This document shows, one piece after another, positions 12,285 to 24,846 of a DNA stretch of 64,000 nt. This DNA is from Octopus vulgaris (lineage: Eukaryota). Location of the stretch: assembly GCA_951406725.2 (NCBI GenBank), contig OX597840.1, positions 24,118,001 through 24,182,000 of the forward strand, read 5' to 3'. How positions within the stretch are numbered: position 1 is the first letter of the stretch; each line of letters opens with the position of its first letter. Both the position numbers and the translations under genes were made by a program. The notes beneath the pieces are model-generated. The model did not search any database. It was not told where the DNA came from and saw only the letters and a list, made by a program, of their open reading frames with translations.

Positions 12285-13866
12285 CCTCTTTGGTGCGCTT
12301 ACGTCCCCGTAACCTTGCAGTTGGGCAAACGAGGCTTTAAAGAATAGGTACTGAGGTGTATTAATTCCACTAAAAATTGAAGGCGGTGCCCCCGTATGGC
12401 CGCAGTCTAATTACTGAAACATGTAAAAGATAGTATCTTTTATCTGTTAATTTTTTGTCTGGCAATTCTCCATCTGATCCTACAGAAGAAATAACAAGGT
12501 TTTGTATGGAAGACCAGCAGTCGCCCATGCATACCAGCCTCCCCTTTTCCGTGCCACCGATGTTACCCAAGGGAAAAGCAAAGGGGCCGATACAACAGTT
12601 ATGTCGCAACTCATTTCTACAGCTGAGTGAACTGGAGCAACGTGAAATAAAGTGTCTTGCTCAAGAACACATCACTCAGCTCCGTCCGGGAATCGAGCTC
12701 ACAACCTCACGATCGTAAGCTTGACGCTCTAACCACCGAGCCATGTGCCTTCATGATTTGTATACACTACTATAATAATATTATAAATTCATATCGTCCC
12801 CCAATTTACTCTCTTCCTCCCAACGCCTCCTTTTTCTCTCACACAGCTGAGTGAACTGGAGCAACGTGAAACAAAGTGTCTTGCTCAAGAACACAACACA
12901 CAGCCCGGTCCAGGAATCGAACTCTCTACCTCATGATTGTGAGCACTGCATTTTAGCCACTACGCCACACACAATCACCGTCAGAGGATCAATTCTGTAT
13001 TTTACTATCATGTGTTACTCTCTTTTACTCGTTTCAGTCATTTGACTGTGGCCATGCTGGAGCACCGCCTTTAGTTGAGCAAATCGACCCCAGGACTTCT
13101 ATCGGTCTCTTTTGCCGAACCACTTAGTTATGGGGGATGTAAACACACCAGCACCAGTTGTCAAGCGATGTTGATGGGACAAACACAGACACACACATAT
13201 ATATATATATATATATACAGTTCCATCTGTCAAATCATTCCACCCATGCCAGCATGGAAGGCAGACATTAAGCGATAATGACGATGATGAAAATTATAAA
13301 AATTTTTTTTTTAGGAATACATTTGAAAACATTAGAGACGTTTTTTAATAAAATATGTTGGTGAGATAAAATGAAAAACTAGTAACCAAGTTTTAGAAGC
13401 AGAAATTAAGGTTTATTTGGATAAAAATGTTGAATTTCAATTAGATAACAATATATAGGCAACAACGTTCACTTCTGATGTTTCAAATTCATTGAAGGCT
13501 GTAGCATCATAAATTACCAGTCTCTGAGGACAGAGGGGAAGCAATAAAAAAAATAACAGATTCAAAAATAAAATAGAAACACAAGAAATTCTTTCATTAT
13601 TATACAAGTCCTGTATTTTCCAGCGTATCAGTCGACATAGCAGAGAATGTAAATATATAAACATCTAAGCACCACCAGTATCTTCCCAAATCTTGCTGCA
13701 TCTCACAAGGAATTTTTGGTCCTACAAAGTAGTCTTGGTGCATGAGTCGTGTTACCTTTCCTGGTTGTAAACTGGAATGGATTTAAAGCTTGGCAGGCCC
13801 TGGATACTTCAAGTTGTGGGTCTTTCATACACAGAAATTAAAATCCATGAAAAATTATCAAATTTA

Positions 13867-14285
13867 GGATCTTTTCGGTTTGAACGGCAGTTTTTTCTAG
13901 CGGTGTCATATGAAATTGTCACCCATAATTATGACCCTAGTATCGATCTATTGCATTTCAATGTTTTAGGGTTAGTGTTAGGGGTGGGTGGAAGGGTATC
14001 TTTTTTCTTCACAAATGTAAATAAACCCAATCTGTTTCTTAAACGAGGGACATATTCATACGGCACAGAACGTTTTCTTTTTACCTCAATAGACGTCAGT
14101 GATTGGTTGAAATTGCAGAAATTGAAAAAAAAAAACAACAAATATCTTACAAACTATAGAATTTTCGCAATAAAGCCAAGAGAAAAAGATGTTTTATAAA
14201 CACATTCTACCAGTATACGAAGTTTAAAAGTGTTTAGTTACATGGAAATTATTTTAAAAAACTGCCGGTCAAACCGAAAAGATCC
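13867..14285. mobile_element. Merlin-like MITE (GGATC family)
   Basis: Same TIRs; perfect 8-bp TSD CAAATTTA. Confidence 0.85.
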
Positions 14286-15485
14286 CAAATTTACATTTCA
14301 AAATCAGTCTTTAAATGCATCTGTCGGTGCAAAATTTTGTCATCTCAACAAAGTACTGCAAGTTCCATCAATTTACCATTCTATTCTACAATATGAGCAA
14401 AACGACTTTCTATTTACACTTTGCAGCTGAAAAAATCTTTAATGAATTTCTCAAACTGTACATTACGGAGATGTACTTGCATAGCAAGTGACTTGATCTG
14501 AGATCGTGTGCTGGAACGAAAACAATCGCAGCGTGGAAGGTGTTTATAAGCCATTTAAGAAACACACAAAAACCGTTTCTCATCTCTGCATCTTAAGTTT
14601 ACTGATGCAGAAAGAACAACTTCCTCCAAGGTTGATGCTAAATTTGTCTTTCATCTGTGTTTCTACACATTCCTGACATCCAGTTCCAAGTATTCATACC
14701 AAAGTTTACCCAAAAAACCATTTAGATCCATCACTTTATGCAGATAAATTTCAACTCTTTAAATATCTTTGTGTACTGTTAAAATTTAGAAGAATCCATC
14801 AGAGAAGTTTCAAGACAACTCCCTTTATCTGAGCTCCATATCTTAGTTCAGGTATTTATTCCAAACCATCTTTAACAGAACGGTTTCTTCATAAATGACA
14901 GTGATAAATATTACCTACAACTTTCGGGATTCATCATCATCATCGTTTAACGTCCATTTTCCGCACTAGCATGGGTTGGACGGTTCGACCGGGGTCTGGG
15001 AAGCCAGGGGCAGCACCAGGCTCCAGTCTGATCTGGCAGTGTTTCTACAGCTGGATGCCCTTCCTAACGCCAAACACTCCGCGAGTGTAGTGGGTGCTTT
15101 TTACGTGCCACCTGCACAGGTGCCAGGGGGGTCTGCCTGTTTTAATTAATCAAACTGCTCAAAATTCCAATGTGCTCAGATTCTAAACATCAGGTCTCTC
15201 TCAGCTAGAAATACTGCAACGACCACAAAACAATACCAGTTCTCTCCCAGCCAGAAACACTGCAATGAAAACAAAATACCAGGTCCCAGCAGGAAATACT
15301 GGAATGACAACAATACAATACTCCAGTCCAGTAGTTCTTGGAACTTTTAAGATTTATGGGGACGGAAGGGGTCCATAATTGTAGAAATTTCCATGTGTAG
15401 AACCAGTGAATATACTTCACTGAAAATTAGATATATATATTTACGAAGTCGAGACAAATATCCGCAGCTAGCAGGCTTATGCTAG

Positions 15486-15532
15486 TCTAGACTGATGATG
15501 GGCAAAGACCCTGAAACATGCGTGTCTCTAGA
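15486..15532 (+). ncRNA. Type I minimal hammerhead ribozyme (Penelope-like element type)
   Basis: TCTAGA-CTGATGA-T GGG caaaga CCC T-GAAA-C atgcgt G-TC-TCTAGA, within a longer hairpin at about 15433-15580 flanked by (TA)n. Confidence 0.72.
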
Positions 15533-15915
15533 TGCAGGCCTAGCTGTTGGGGGTATTTGTCTCCCCATCGTAAATATATAAGGACACAGGGAAAAAATGT
15601 GTCGAAGCCGGCAGGAAGCGTTGATGCTTCCTAGGGCTAAACAGCGGTGGTGTAATCCCCTACTGTCACGTTAAGTTGACAGTATACAACCATTAAAAAT
15701 TCGCAAACATTTTCCTGAAAATGCCGAAAAATAAAAGCGATGATGGGTTACTTAAACCAGAAATTCAGCTCATTTCCCCAAAAATATTTCATAATAATAG
15801 AAGTTCCACCACGACCACCACAAAGTGTATATTCTTTTGAGTGTTGTTAAATCATTAAAGACAAATGATTTCTCCACATGACGGGAGCTTACAAAAGGCT
15901 GTAAACAACAACTTC

Positions 15916-16192
15916 GGATCTTTTCGGTTCGAACGGCAGTTTTTTTCTAGCGGTGTCATATGAAATTGTCACCCATAACTGTGACCCTAGTATCGATCTA
16001 TTGCATTTCAATCTGTTTTAGGGTTAGTTAGGAGTGGTGGGAAGGGTATCTTTTTTTCTTCAGAAATGTAAATAAACCCAATCTGTTTCTTAAACAAGGG
16101 ACATATTCATACGGCACAGAATGTTTTTGTTTTACCTCAATAGACGTCATTGATTGGTTGAAATTGCAGAAATTGAAGAAGAAAAAAAACAA
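15916..16192. mobile_element. Truncated GGATC-family MITE abutting the ZNF3 stop codon
   Basis: One TIR plus internal sequence, ending 2 bp from the TAG at 16195. Confidence 0.8.
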
Positions 16193-16194
16193 TG

Positions 16195-17358
16195 CTATGA
16201 AACAGTTTTGTCTCTTGCGTGTATTTTTTTATGCAAACCAAGGGCTGAGCTGTGGGAGAAAGATTTCCCACACAGCCCACAATGATAAGGTCTTTCTCCA
16301 GTGTGGACTCTTTTGTGAGAGACAAGATGGGCATTTTGAGTGAAAGATTTACCACAAGTATCACAGTGGAACCGTTTTTCCCCAGTGTGTGTTCGTTTAT
16401 GGGTCCTTAAATTACTGTTGTCGAGAAAACTTTTTCCACAAATCTCACAATGAGAAGGTCTTTCTCCTGTATGGACTCTGATATGTTTCACCAAATCGTT
16501 TTTAGACAGGAAAGACTTCTCGCATACTTGACAGTGGAACGGTTTCTCTCCTGTGTGAATTCGTTTGTGTCTGGCTAAATTACTTCTAGAGACGGAAGGA
16601 ATTCCACATAGGTCACAGTGGAATGGTTTCTCCCCGGTGTGACTCCGTATATGGATGACAAGACTGGATTTCCAACAGAAAGATTTCCCGCATATTTCAC
16701 ACTGAAACGAACTTTCTTTAGTGGGCGTTTCCAAATCGTATTTCTCTAAATCAACACTTCCGACGAATTCTTCCCCATCTGTTTGACTTGGGGAGGTCTT
16801 CTCTCCGGCATGGTTTCGCATATGGAGAATAAAACTCGGTTTATGAACGAAATTATTACCGCATATTTCGCACCGAAACAGAATCGTCCTCGCGTGGATC
16901 TTTGAATGTGTTTTCAAGACAGAAAAATACGCGAAAGTTTTCCCGCATGTTTCACAATGGAACGGTTTCTCTCCAGTATGACTACGTACGTGGATAATCA
17001 GACCTGAATTATGGAAGAAAGACTTCCCGCATATTTCACAAGGAAACAACCTTTCCCTACTGTGTCGTCTCTTGTGCCATGTTAATTTCTTCCTCGACAC
17101 AAAACACTTCTGGCATATTTCACACTCATGGGACTTTTCGCTCTTGTGTGTCCGTGTGTGCTTGGATAATTCCTGTTCCGAAGAGAATATTTTCTTACAT
17201 ATCTCACAGCTATACTCACTAACATCTCCATCGGACGATTCCTGTTTAGTAAATGTCTCATCACACAAGGTCTTCTCTCCGTGGTCTGTTTGTGGAATTG
17301 AATCTGCATCGCTAAAAACAGTCGCGTTTGAAGAATCGGCGTCGTGAACGTCTTCCAT
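16195..17358 (-). CDS. C2H2 zinc-finger protein (ZNF3, subfamily A), 11 fingers in two blocks
   Basis: 387-aa ORF; 5+6 fingers separated by a degenerate finger-length spacer (SPSQTDGEEFVGSVDLEKY). Confidence 0.93.
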   Translation of the reverse strand: MEDVHDADSSNATVFSDADSIPQTDHGEKTLCDETFTKQESSDGDVSEYSCEICKKIFSSEQELSKHTRTHKSEKSHECEICQKCFVSRKKLTWHKRRHSRERLFPCEICGKSFFHNSGLIIHVRSHTGEKPFHCETCGKTFAYFSVLKTHSKIHARTILFRCEICGNNFVHKPSFILHMRNHAGEKTSPSQTDGEEFVGSVDLEKYDLETPTKESSFQCEICGKSFCWKSSLVIHIRSHTGEKPFHCDLCGIPSVSRSNLARHKRIHTGEKPFHCQVCEKSFLSKNDLVKHIRVHTGERPSHCEICGKSFLDNSNLRTHKRTHTGEKRFHCDTCGKSFTQNAHLVSHKRVHTGERPYHCGLCGKSFSHSSALGLHKKIHARDKTVS

Positions 17359-17477
17359 ATTCGTCGAACTGGAATTCTTGCAATCCGTAGAAAGATCTGG
17401 AACTGTATTCTGCCACAGAGCTGGGTTCTAGTGTCGGATATGATGGAAAATGCTTCCACTGGATGCGATCACATTCG

Positions 17478-17570
17478 TCGAAGATGGCGGTGTCGATGAG
17501 AAATATTCCTGCTTCTCAGTGTTACCGGTGACAGACGCTTTAGTTCCCCGGATATAATTCAATACAATCA
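17478..17570 (-). promoter_or_regulatory. Conserved upstream element of ZNF3 (E3)
   Basis: GAATTATATCCGGGGAAC..GTCACCGG..AGGAATAT..CGACACCGCC; boxes at 17526-17530 and 17488-17492. Confidence 0.75.
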
Positions 17571-17689
17571 GAAAGCGGTTCAGTTTTATTATTATTATTA
17601 TTATTCTGTTGTGTCTGGGGAGAGTCATTTTCTTTTTGTGCCTTATAATGTAACACACTCACCAGTAAAATTTCCACTTATTCCTTATT

Positions 17690-18062
17690 GGTACTACTAG
17701 CGAACAGTGGTCCATCCGCGCTAGCTAGTCGTGACTAGTCGATACTACAACGACTCCCTAGCAAAGTAAATAAAACACAAAATAAATAATTTTTGTTAAA
17801 CAAAGTAAATAAAAAACAAAAACACAAAGAGACCGATAGAATAAGTACTGGGTTTACAAAAAAAGAATAAGTCCCGGGGTCGAGTTGCTCGATTAAAGGC
17901 GGTGCTCCAGCATGGCCACAGTCAAATGACTGAAACTAATAAAAGAGTAAAAAAAAGAGTAAGAGTAAAATAACGCAAAAACACAAAGGATCGACTAGTC
18001 ATGACTAGCTAGCGCGGATGCGCGAGTACGCGCACCGGGACCACTGTTTCGCTAGAAGTACC
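17690..18062. mobile_element. Merlin-like MITE (GGTAC family) with a nested SINE A fragment
   Basis: TIRs GGTACTACTAGCGAACAGTGGTCC / GGACCACTGTTTCGCTAGAAGTACC. Confidence 0.78.
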
Positions 18063-18301
18063 CACTTATTCCTTATTTTTATTGTCCTAACATTTTCGTT
18101 GCGTCTTGCAACCTTTTCAAAAGTCTTTGACTCTGTCCGTTATTTACACCGCGTTCCTTTTTGTTTCTTTGTGCGCATGTGTGGGGGTCAGTGTGTGTGT
18201 GTGTGTGTGTGCCTATGCATGCGTGTACGTATGTATATGTGTGTGTATGTATGTATGTGTATGTATGTATATATGTGTGTGTGTATGCATATATATGTAT
18301 A

Positions 18302-18495
18302 ACTCTTTTACTTGTTTCAGTCACATAACTGTGGCCATGCTGGAGCACCGCCTTTAGTAAAACAAATCAACCCCAGGACTTATTCCTTGTAAGCCTAGTA
18401 CTTATTCTATCGGTCTTTTTTGCTGAACCGCGAAGTAACGGGGATGTAAACACACCAGCATCGGTTGTCAAGCGATGTTGGAGGGACCAACACAG

Positions 18496-18542
<47 letters not shown>

Positions 18543-18665
18543 TACAACGGGCTTCTTTTTAGTTTCCGTCTACCAAATCTACTCACAAGGCTTTGGTCGG
18601 CCCAAGGGTATAGTAGAAGATACTTGCCTAAGGTTCCACACAGTGGGACTGAACCTGGAACCATG
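18302..18665 (-). mobile_element. SINE family A
   Basis: Copy with truncated head. Confidence 0.85.
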
Positions 18666-19494
18666 GAATGAACTTTTCTATGAACATTGCTTCCATAACC
18701 TTGTCGATGAAGATAGTGCTTCTTCAGATGACAACCTTGCTCTTATTCTAGATGAGTACGGAAGACTCCAACAACATCCTATGTATATATGTGTGTGCAT
18801 CTGTATGTACGTATCCTACATATTTATGTGGTTGCATCCAAAAACGAAATATAAAGAGTAAGAAAGAACAAAATACCCCTCAGTAAACTAATTATTAGGT
18901 TACGAGAGAACGACAATGTAATCGCTCCAAATGCTAGAAATAGCTGTCAAATCTCTTTTGAATTACACCCTGCTGTCTTAAGAAATGTGAAGTTTGTTAC
19001 AGCAGATTTAGATAGGGGTATAAAAAAAAACGGTCTAGAACAGTGGTTGCTGACCTGGTTTGCATCACAGACCAGTGTAGTTATTTCAGATGACCATTCC
19101 TACCTCATTAAACTTACCTGCTGTTCACTTGAAATTGCCTTCAGATTAACAAGAATGCTATCTTTTATCTTTTACATGTTTCAGTAATTAGATTGTGGCC
19201 ATGCGGGGGCACCGCCTTGGGATCTAGTTTTTCTCATTCGCAAAATGACCTCCCCTTACCAGCCCCACCTTACTGGCACTTGTGCCAGTGGTACGTAAAA
19301 AACAACATTCGAGCGAGGGCATTGCCAGTACCGCTGGACTGTTTCCTGTGCAGGTGATATGTAAAAAGCACCATTTGAGTGTGGCTGTTGCTAGTACCAC
19401 CTGACTGACCTCGTGCTGGTGGCACGTAAAAGCACCCACTACACTCTCGGAGTGGTGGCATTAGGAAGGGCATCAAGCTGTAGAAACTCTGTCT

Positions 19495-20030
19495 ACTACT
19501 ACTACTTGACAGCATCCACCCGGGGTGGGTTGAACTGGCTTCATTCATCGTCAATGCTGCATCTCTCACAAACGCCAACCAGGCCTGGCGATTTGAGGCT
19601 AACGACCACGTGATCTCCAACCACTCCTTATTACAGCGGCGAACGCCGTAGATATGGAGGCCTAGGTTGGGTTCCAGATCAGCCTTGACTGTCATCAGCC
19701 AGGTTTTTCGTTGTCCACCACATCAATTTCGCCAACCCTGAAGGGGAGCTGGGGCAATTGCTTCGTAGGTTGGGTTCCAGATCAGCCTTGACTGTCATCA
19801 GCCAGGTTTTTCGTTGTCCACCACATCGCTTTCGCCAACCCTGAAGGGGAGCTGGGGCAATTGCTTCGTAGGTTGGGTTCCAGATCAGCCTTGACTGTCA
19901 TCAACCAGGTTTTTCATTGTCCACCACATCGCTTTCGCCAACCCTGAAGGGGAGCTGGGGCAATTGCTTCATAGATGAATTCTCCTGGTTGACAACGGAG
20001 GGCATGACCCACCCAATGCAGACATCTCGT
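19495..20030 (-). mobile_element. RTE-clade LINE 3' fragment with an internal 103-bp triplication
   Basis: GWRKRCGGQRKTW..KADL..LASNRQAW; units start at 19663, 19766 and 19869; (AGT)n tail. Confidence 0.7.
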
Positions 20031-20601
20031 TAGGATGATCTGGCAGAGTTTCTCTGCCAGATCAGATTGTAGCCTGGTGCAGCCATCTGGCTCACCAGTC
20101 CTGTCAAACCGTCCAACCCATGCCAGCTTGGAAAGCAGACATTAAATGACTGCTGTGTAAAGAAGTGCCAAGTTCTAATTGTGGAGGGTACCTGTGGAAG
20201 GGGTACACTCAGGAAGACATGGGATGAAGTAGTGAGAAAGGATCTTTGGGTGCTGGGCCTCACTGAGGAAATCACAAGGGACCAGATGCAGTGATATGCT
20301 GTACTTGGGAAGATGCATCAAGCTAAGTAAAATTGAAGCTTTCCACACATACAAGCAGGTCCTTTTGGGTGCCAGTGCCACTTTAAGGGCACCTGTGCCT
20401 CTGCTGCATATAAACGCACCCATGCCGGTGGCACATAAAAAGCACCTGGCACACTCTGTAAAGTGGTTGGCATTAGGAAGGGCATCTGGTCTTAGAAACC
20501 ATGCCTCAGCAGAGAGCTGGAGTCTGGATAACTCCCCGCCGTTCAGCTCCATGTCAAACCATCCCAGCATGGAGAATGGATGTTGAACGATGATGATGTT
20601 G

Positions 20602-20642
<41 letters not shown>

Positions 20643-21214
20643 TGTATATGAACGTGTATATTCATTGTTATTTTATTCAATTTTAGAAAAATCGAATCAT
20701 GTCTACGACAATCTCAGATTACATTGAACTTAATTGATGCATAACTTTTGGCCTACCCTCTGTGTCTCGCCTGGCCCTCGTGCCGGTGGCACATAAAAAG
20801 CACCATCCGTTCGTGGCCGTTTGCCAGCTCTGTCTGGCACCAGTGCGGGTGGCACGTAAAAAGCACCCACTACACTCACGGAGTGGTTGGCGTTAGGAAG
20901 GCCATCCAGCCCTCGACACACTGCCAGATTTGACTGGGCCTGATGCAGCCTTCTGGCTTCACAGACCCCAGTAGAACCGTCCAACCCATGCTAGCATGGA
21001 AAACGGACGCTAAACGATGATGATGATGATGATGATATATACACAGGCTTTTAATAAAATGTAGTACAAAACGATCGTACCAAATTACCGGAATCATTCT
21101 TGTTGCTTATTTTTGATTATAATCACCCCGCAAATTTTTATGAGTAACACCATACAGAATTCTGGTGCATCTAAATTAAGTACCATATTCATTTGAATCT
21201 AAATTGTTGCTGAT

Positions 21215-21247
<33 letters not shown>

Positions 21248-21956
21248 AAATAAGCAACAAGTGTATCTGAGGTAGAGTGGTATAATTGTTTCATGCTACT
21301 TCATTTTATTAAACACTGTAAACATCAGTTTTAAAATGTCGAGCAATCTTCAGCCACATATAGAATTTTCCTATCAAACGGACAATGCACATTCTTATCC
21401 CTATTTCGCTTGCCAACATTATAAAGAGGGTAGATATATAGACAGAGAGGTTGATTTCATTCTTAAGAACATGATAGTAGTAAATTTACTCCCTGACTGT
21501 GTCTCATCCAGTTAGGGAACCTGTATGCCAATGAAACCAGGAAAACAGCCCTTATGAGCCAGGCATGGCTCAAGAAGGAACACATAACAAACACATGGCG
21601 TTAGGAAGGGCATCCAGCTGTAGAAACACTGCCAGATCAGACTGGGCCTGATGCAGCCTTCTGGCTTCCCAGACCCCAGTTGCACCGTCCAACCCATGCT
21701 AGCATGGAAAGCAGACGCTAAACGATGATGATGATGATATATAGAAAGAGAGAGAGAAAACGATTTGCATTTGAGGGTTTACAACTGCAGTACTCTTAAT
21801 TAATTTTTTTTTTTCCATAAATATATATCATTTGAATTTGCAGTTTCTAAATTTATATTTTGTTTGCATTTGGAAGCATTAAAAATTTTATTTTGTTTTA
21901 CTTTCTGAAAATTTAAAACTGTTACCTATGTTCGAGGCTGTGTGGTAAGTAGCTTG

Positions 21957-22091
21957 CTAACCAACCACATGGTTCTGGGTTCAGTCCCACTGGGTGGCAT
22001 CTTGGGCAAGTGTCTTCTGCTATAGCCTCGGGTCGACCAAAGCCTTGTGAGTAGATTTGGTAGACGGAAACTGAAAGAAGCCCGTCGTATA

Positions 22092-22136
<45 letters not shown>

Positions 22137-22326
22137 TTGTCCCCCTAGCATTGCTTGACAACCGATGCTGGTGTGTTTACGTCCCCGTCACTTAGCGGTT
22201 TGGCAAAAGAGACCGATAGAATAAGTACTGGGGCTTACAAAGAATAAGTCCTGGGGTCGATTTACTTGACTAAAGGCAGTGCTCCATCATGGCCGCAGTC
22301 AAATGACTGAAACAAGTAAAAGAGTA
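21957..22326 (+). mobile_element. SINE family A
   Basis: Near full-length copy. Confidence 0.88.
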
Positions 22327-22611
22327 TAAAATGGTAATAACAAGTATATTTATACATTTCAAATGCAACCGAATTGTATTTTGTACAAATCAAAATATAT
22401 TAACCCTTTAACATTTAAACCAGCCATATCTGGCCCAAATATTCCATCTTTTATGTTCAAACTGACCAAATCTGGCCTTTCACACCTACCCTACAATGTC
22501 ATCTAAAAATAAACAATCACATCATTGAAATATGGAAGCTATGTGATAATATCATGATTTATTCAGAACACCTGTCAAGCCAAGTGATGTTGTAGTAGTG
22601 GCTGATATCAC

Positions 22612-22930
22612 GGAGGTCGACTTTACCTTTCATCCTTTCGGGATCGATTAAATAAGTACCAGTTATGCACTGGGGGCCGATGTAATCGACTTAATCCCTT
22701 TGTGTCCTTGTTTGTCGCCTCTGTGTTTAGCCCCTTGTGGGTAATAAAGAAATAGGTATTTCGTCTGCCGCTACATTTTGAGTTCCGCTGAGGTCGACTT
22801 AGCCTTTCATCCTTTCGGGCTCGATTAAATAAGTACCAGTTATGCACTGGGGTCGATGTAATCGACTTAATCCGTTTGTCTGTCCTTGTTTGTGCCCTCT
22901 ATGTTTGGCCCCCTGTGGGTAATAAAGGAA
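22612..22930 (+). mobile_element. SINE family B dimer
   Basis: Same core in tandem. Confidence 0.8.
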
Positions 22931-23055
22931 TACGAAATTGCTACACTGAGAGTAATTTGAAATCAATTTTGGATTACTCGGAGGTAAATTGAGATTTTAC
23001 ACCTGTCTCGAATTACAGGTGGATTATAAATCTAGATTTCAAAGAGAAAGCTTCC

Positions 23056-24627
23056 TCACGTTTCATATATGATAGGGCCCTCGCTTGTATGTACTTGTAC
23101 ATGCCTTTTTAAGTGACTGTGTGCAATAAATTTTTTCCCACATATATTACAGTGAAACGGTTTTTCCCCTGTGTGTATTCGTCTGTGGATCGTCAAATCG
23201 CTGTTTGAGGTGAACGGCTTCCCACAGGCTTCGCAATGGAACGGTTTATCCCCAGAGTGTATTCTTCTGTGAACGATGAGATTCGAATTCCGGGCAAAAG
23301 CTTTCCCACAGATTTTACAATCAAACGGTTTCAATCCCGTGTGCGTACGTTCATGAGTTGATAAATCACTTTTACACACAAAACACTTTCCACAGATTTC
23401 ACAACGGTAAGGTTTTTCTCCCGTATGAATTCTTCTGTGAACTATAAAATAGGAATTCTGCGCAAAAGATTTTCCACAAATGTCACAGAGAAACGGTCGT
23501 TCTCCCGTATGAATTCGTTTATGAGTTGTTAAATGGCTAAAATCAAGAAAATATGTCCCACAGATTTCACAGGGAAAAGGGTTTTCTCCTGTATGAATTC
23601 GTTTGTGTTTGTTTAAGTCGTCTTTGGTGACGAACGATTTTCCGCACGTTTCGCAGTAAACCAGGTTTTCCCCAGTATGTCTCCGTTTGTGCTTCACCAC
23701 ATTGTTCTTAGAGGCGAAAGATTTCCCACAGATATCACAGTGAAAGCGTTTTTTCCCACTGTGTCTGAGTCTATGTTTTGTCAAGTAACTGTCAGATTTA
23801 AAAGATTTCCCACAAAGATCACAGTCATAAGGTTTCCCCCCAGCGTGCTCACATGCGTGAATAACAAGATCTGCATCACAAACGAACGTTTTCTCACACA
23901 CTTTACAATTAAATGGTTTCGGGGGAACATGTACAGCTTCGTGCTTTCTTAACTCACCATTACTGACAAAAGATTTCGAACATACATCACAATGGAACGG
24001 TTTCTCTCCCGTATGACGACGAATGTGGATAACAAGTTTCGAGCTATCAATAAAAGTTCCCCCGCATATTTTACAGTGGAATGGTTTCTCCCGAGTGTGT
24101 GAAGTCGTGTGTTTCGTTAATTCACCATTCGTAACAAACGATTTCGAACATACATCGCATTCGAACGGTTTTTCTCCAGTGTGACGACGAATGTGAATAA
24201 CAAGTTTCGATCTTTCAATAAATGCCTCTCCACAGATTTCGCAACGAAACCGTTTCTCCCCCGTGTGTATCCGTCCGTGTCTCTTTAAATCGCTGTTGGA
24301 AATAAAAGACTTCTTACATATTTCACAATGGAAAGGTTTCTCTCCCGTGTGAATACGTTTGTGGATAACAAAATGAGAATCTCTTAAGAAAAACTTCTCA
24401 CAGATTTCACAAAAAGGTTTGTCTGTCTTGTGTATTTCTTTGTGTGCGAAGGCTTCCTCTTCGGAAAGAAATGTTCTGCTACAAAGATCACAGCTGTATT
24501 CAGTGACATTCCTGTTCGAGGATCTTCCTTCTGTCACCCTTTCTTCACAAACAGGTTCTTCCCTCTTGGATGTCTGTGTAATTAAATCTACATCGTTAGA
24601 AGAGTCCAAGTGATCAACGTCTCCCAT
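23056..24627 (-). CDS. C2H2 zinc-finger protein (ZNF4, subfamily A), 17 fingers
   Basis: 523-aa ORF of C2H2 repeats. Confidence 0.94.
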   Translation of the reverse strand: MGDVDHLDSSNDVDLITQTSKREEPVCEERVTEGRSSNRNVTEYSCDLCSRTFLSEEEAFAHKEIHKTDKPFCEICEKFFLRDSHFVIHKRIHTGEKPFHCEICKKSFISNSDLKRHGRIHTGEKRFRCEICGEAFIERSKLVIHIRRHTGEKPFECDVCSKSFVTNGELTKHTTSHTREKPFHCKICGGTFIDSSKLVIHIRRHTGEKPFHCDVCSKSFVSNGELRKHEAVHVPPKPFNCKVCEKTFVCDADLVIHACEHAGGKPYDCDLCGKSFKSDSYLTKHRLRHSGKKRFHCDICGKSFASKNNVVKHKRRHTGENLVYCETCGKSFVTKDDLNKHKRIHTGENPFPCEICGTYFLDFSHLTTHKRIHTGERPFLCDICGKSFAQNSYFIVHRRIHTGEKPYRCEICGKCFVCKSDLSTHERTHTGLKPFDCKICGKAFARNSNLIVHRRIHSGDKPFHCEACGKPFTSNSDLTIHRRIHTGEKPFHCNICGKKFIAHSHLKRHVQVHTSEGPIIYET

Positions 24628-24759
24628 ACTAATTAACGAATGCTTACACGTTCACAAATGTCCATACATATAATGTATTAGGGTCCAATTGCTTGTCTTT
24701 GATGTCCTAACACAGTTTTTAACAAGATTTCAGGAAAATCAATTTCCTTCATTCAAAGT

Positions 24760-24846
24760 CGGGCGGTGTAGTTGATAATTTTTCCCTTCTCTTATTAACG
24801 ACGGCGTCGTTAGTTGAATGTCCCTAATATAAATTAATACAATCAG
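24760..24846 (-). promoter_or_regulatory. Conserved upstream element of ZNF4 (E4)
   Basis: ATTTATATTAGGGAC..GACGCCG..AGGGAAAAAT..TACACCGCC; boxes at 24802-24806 and 24764-24768. Confidence 0.72.

Noticed and set aside
17481-17490. YY1 (CCGCCATCTT) or CTCF as the factor for the conserved element
   Set aside because: The YY1 match occurs only in E3, and the CTCF core AG(G/A)(G/T)GGC is not conserved across copies
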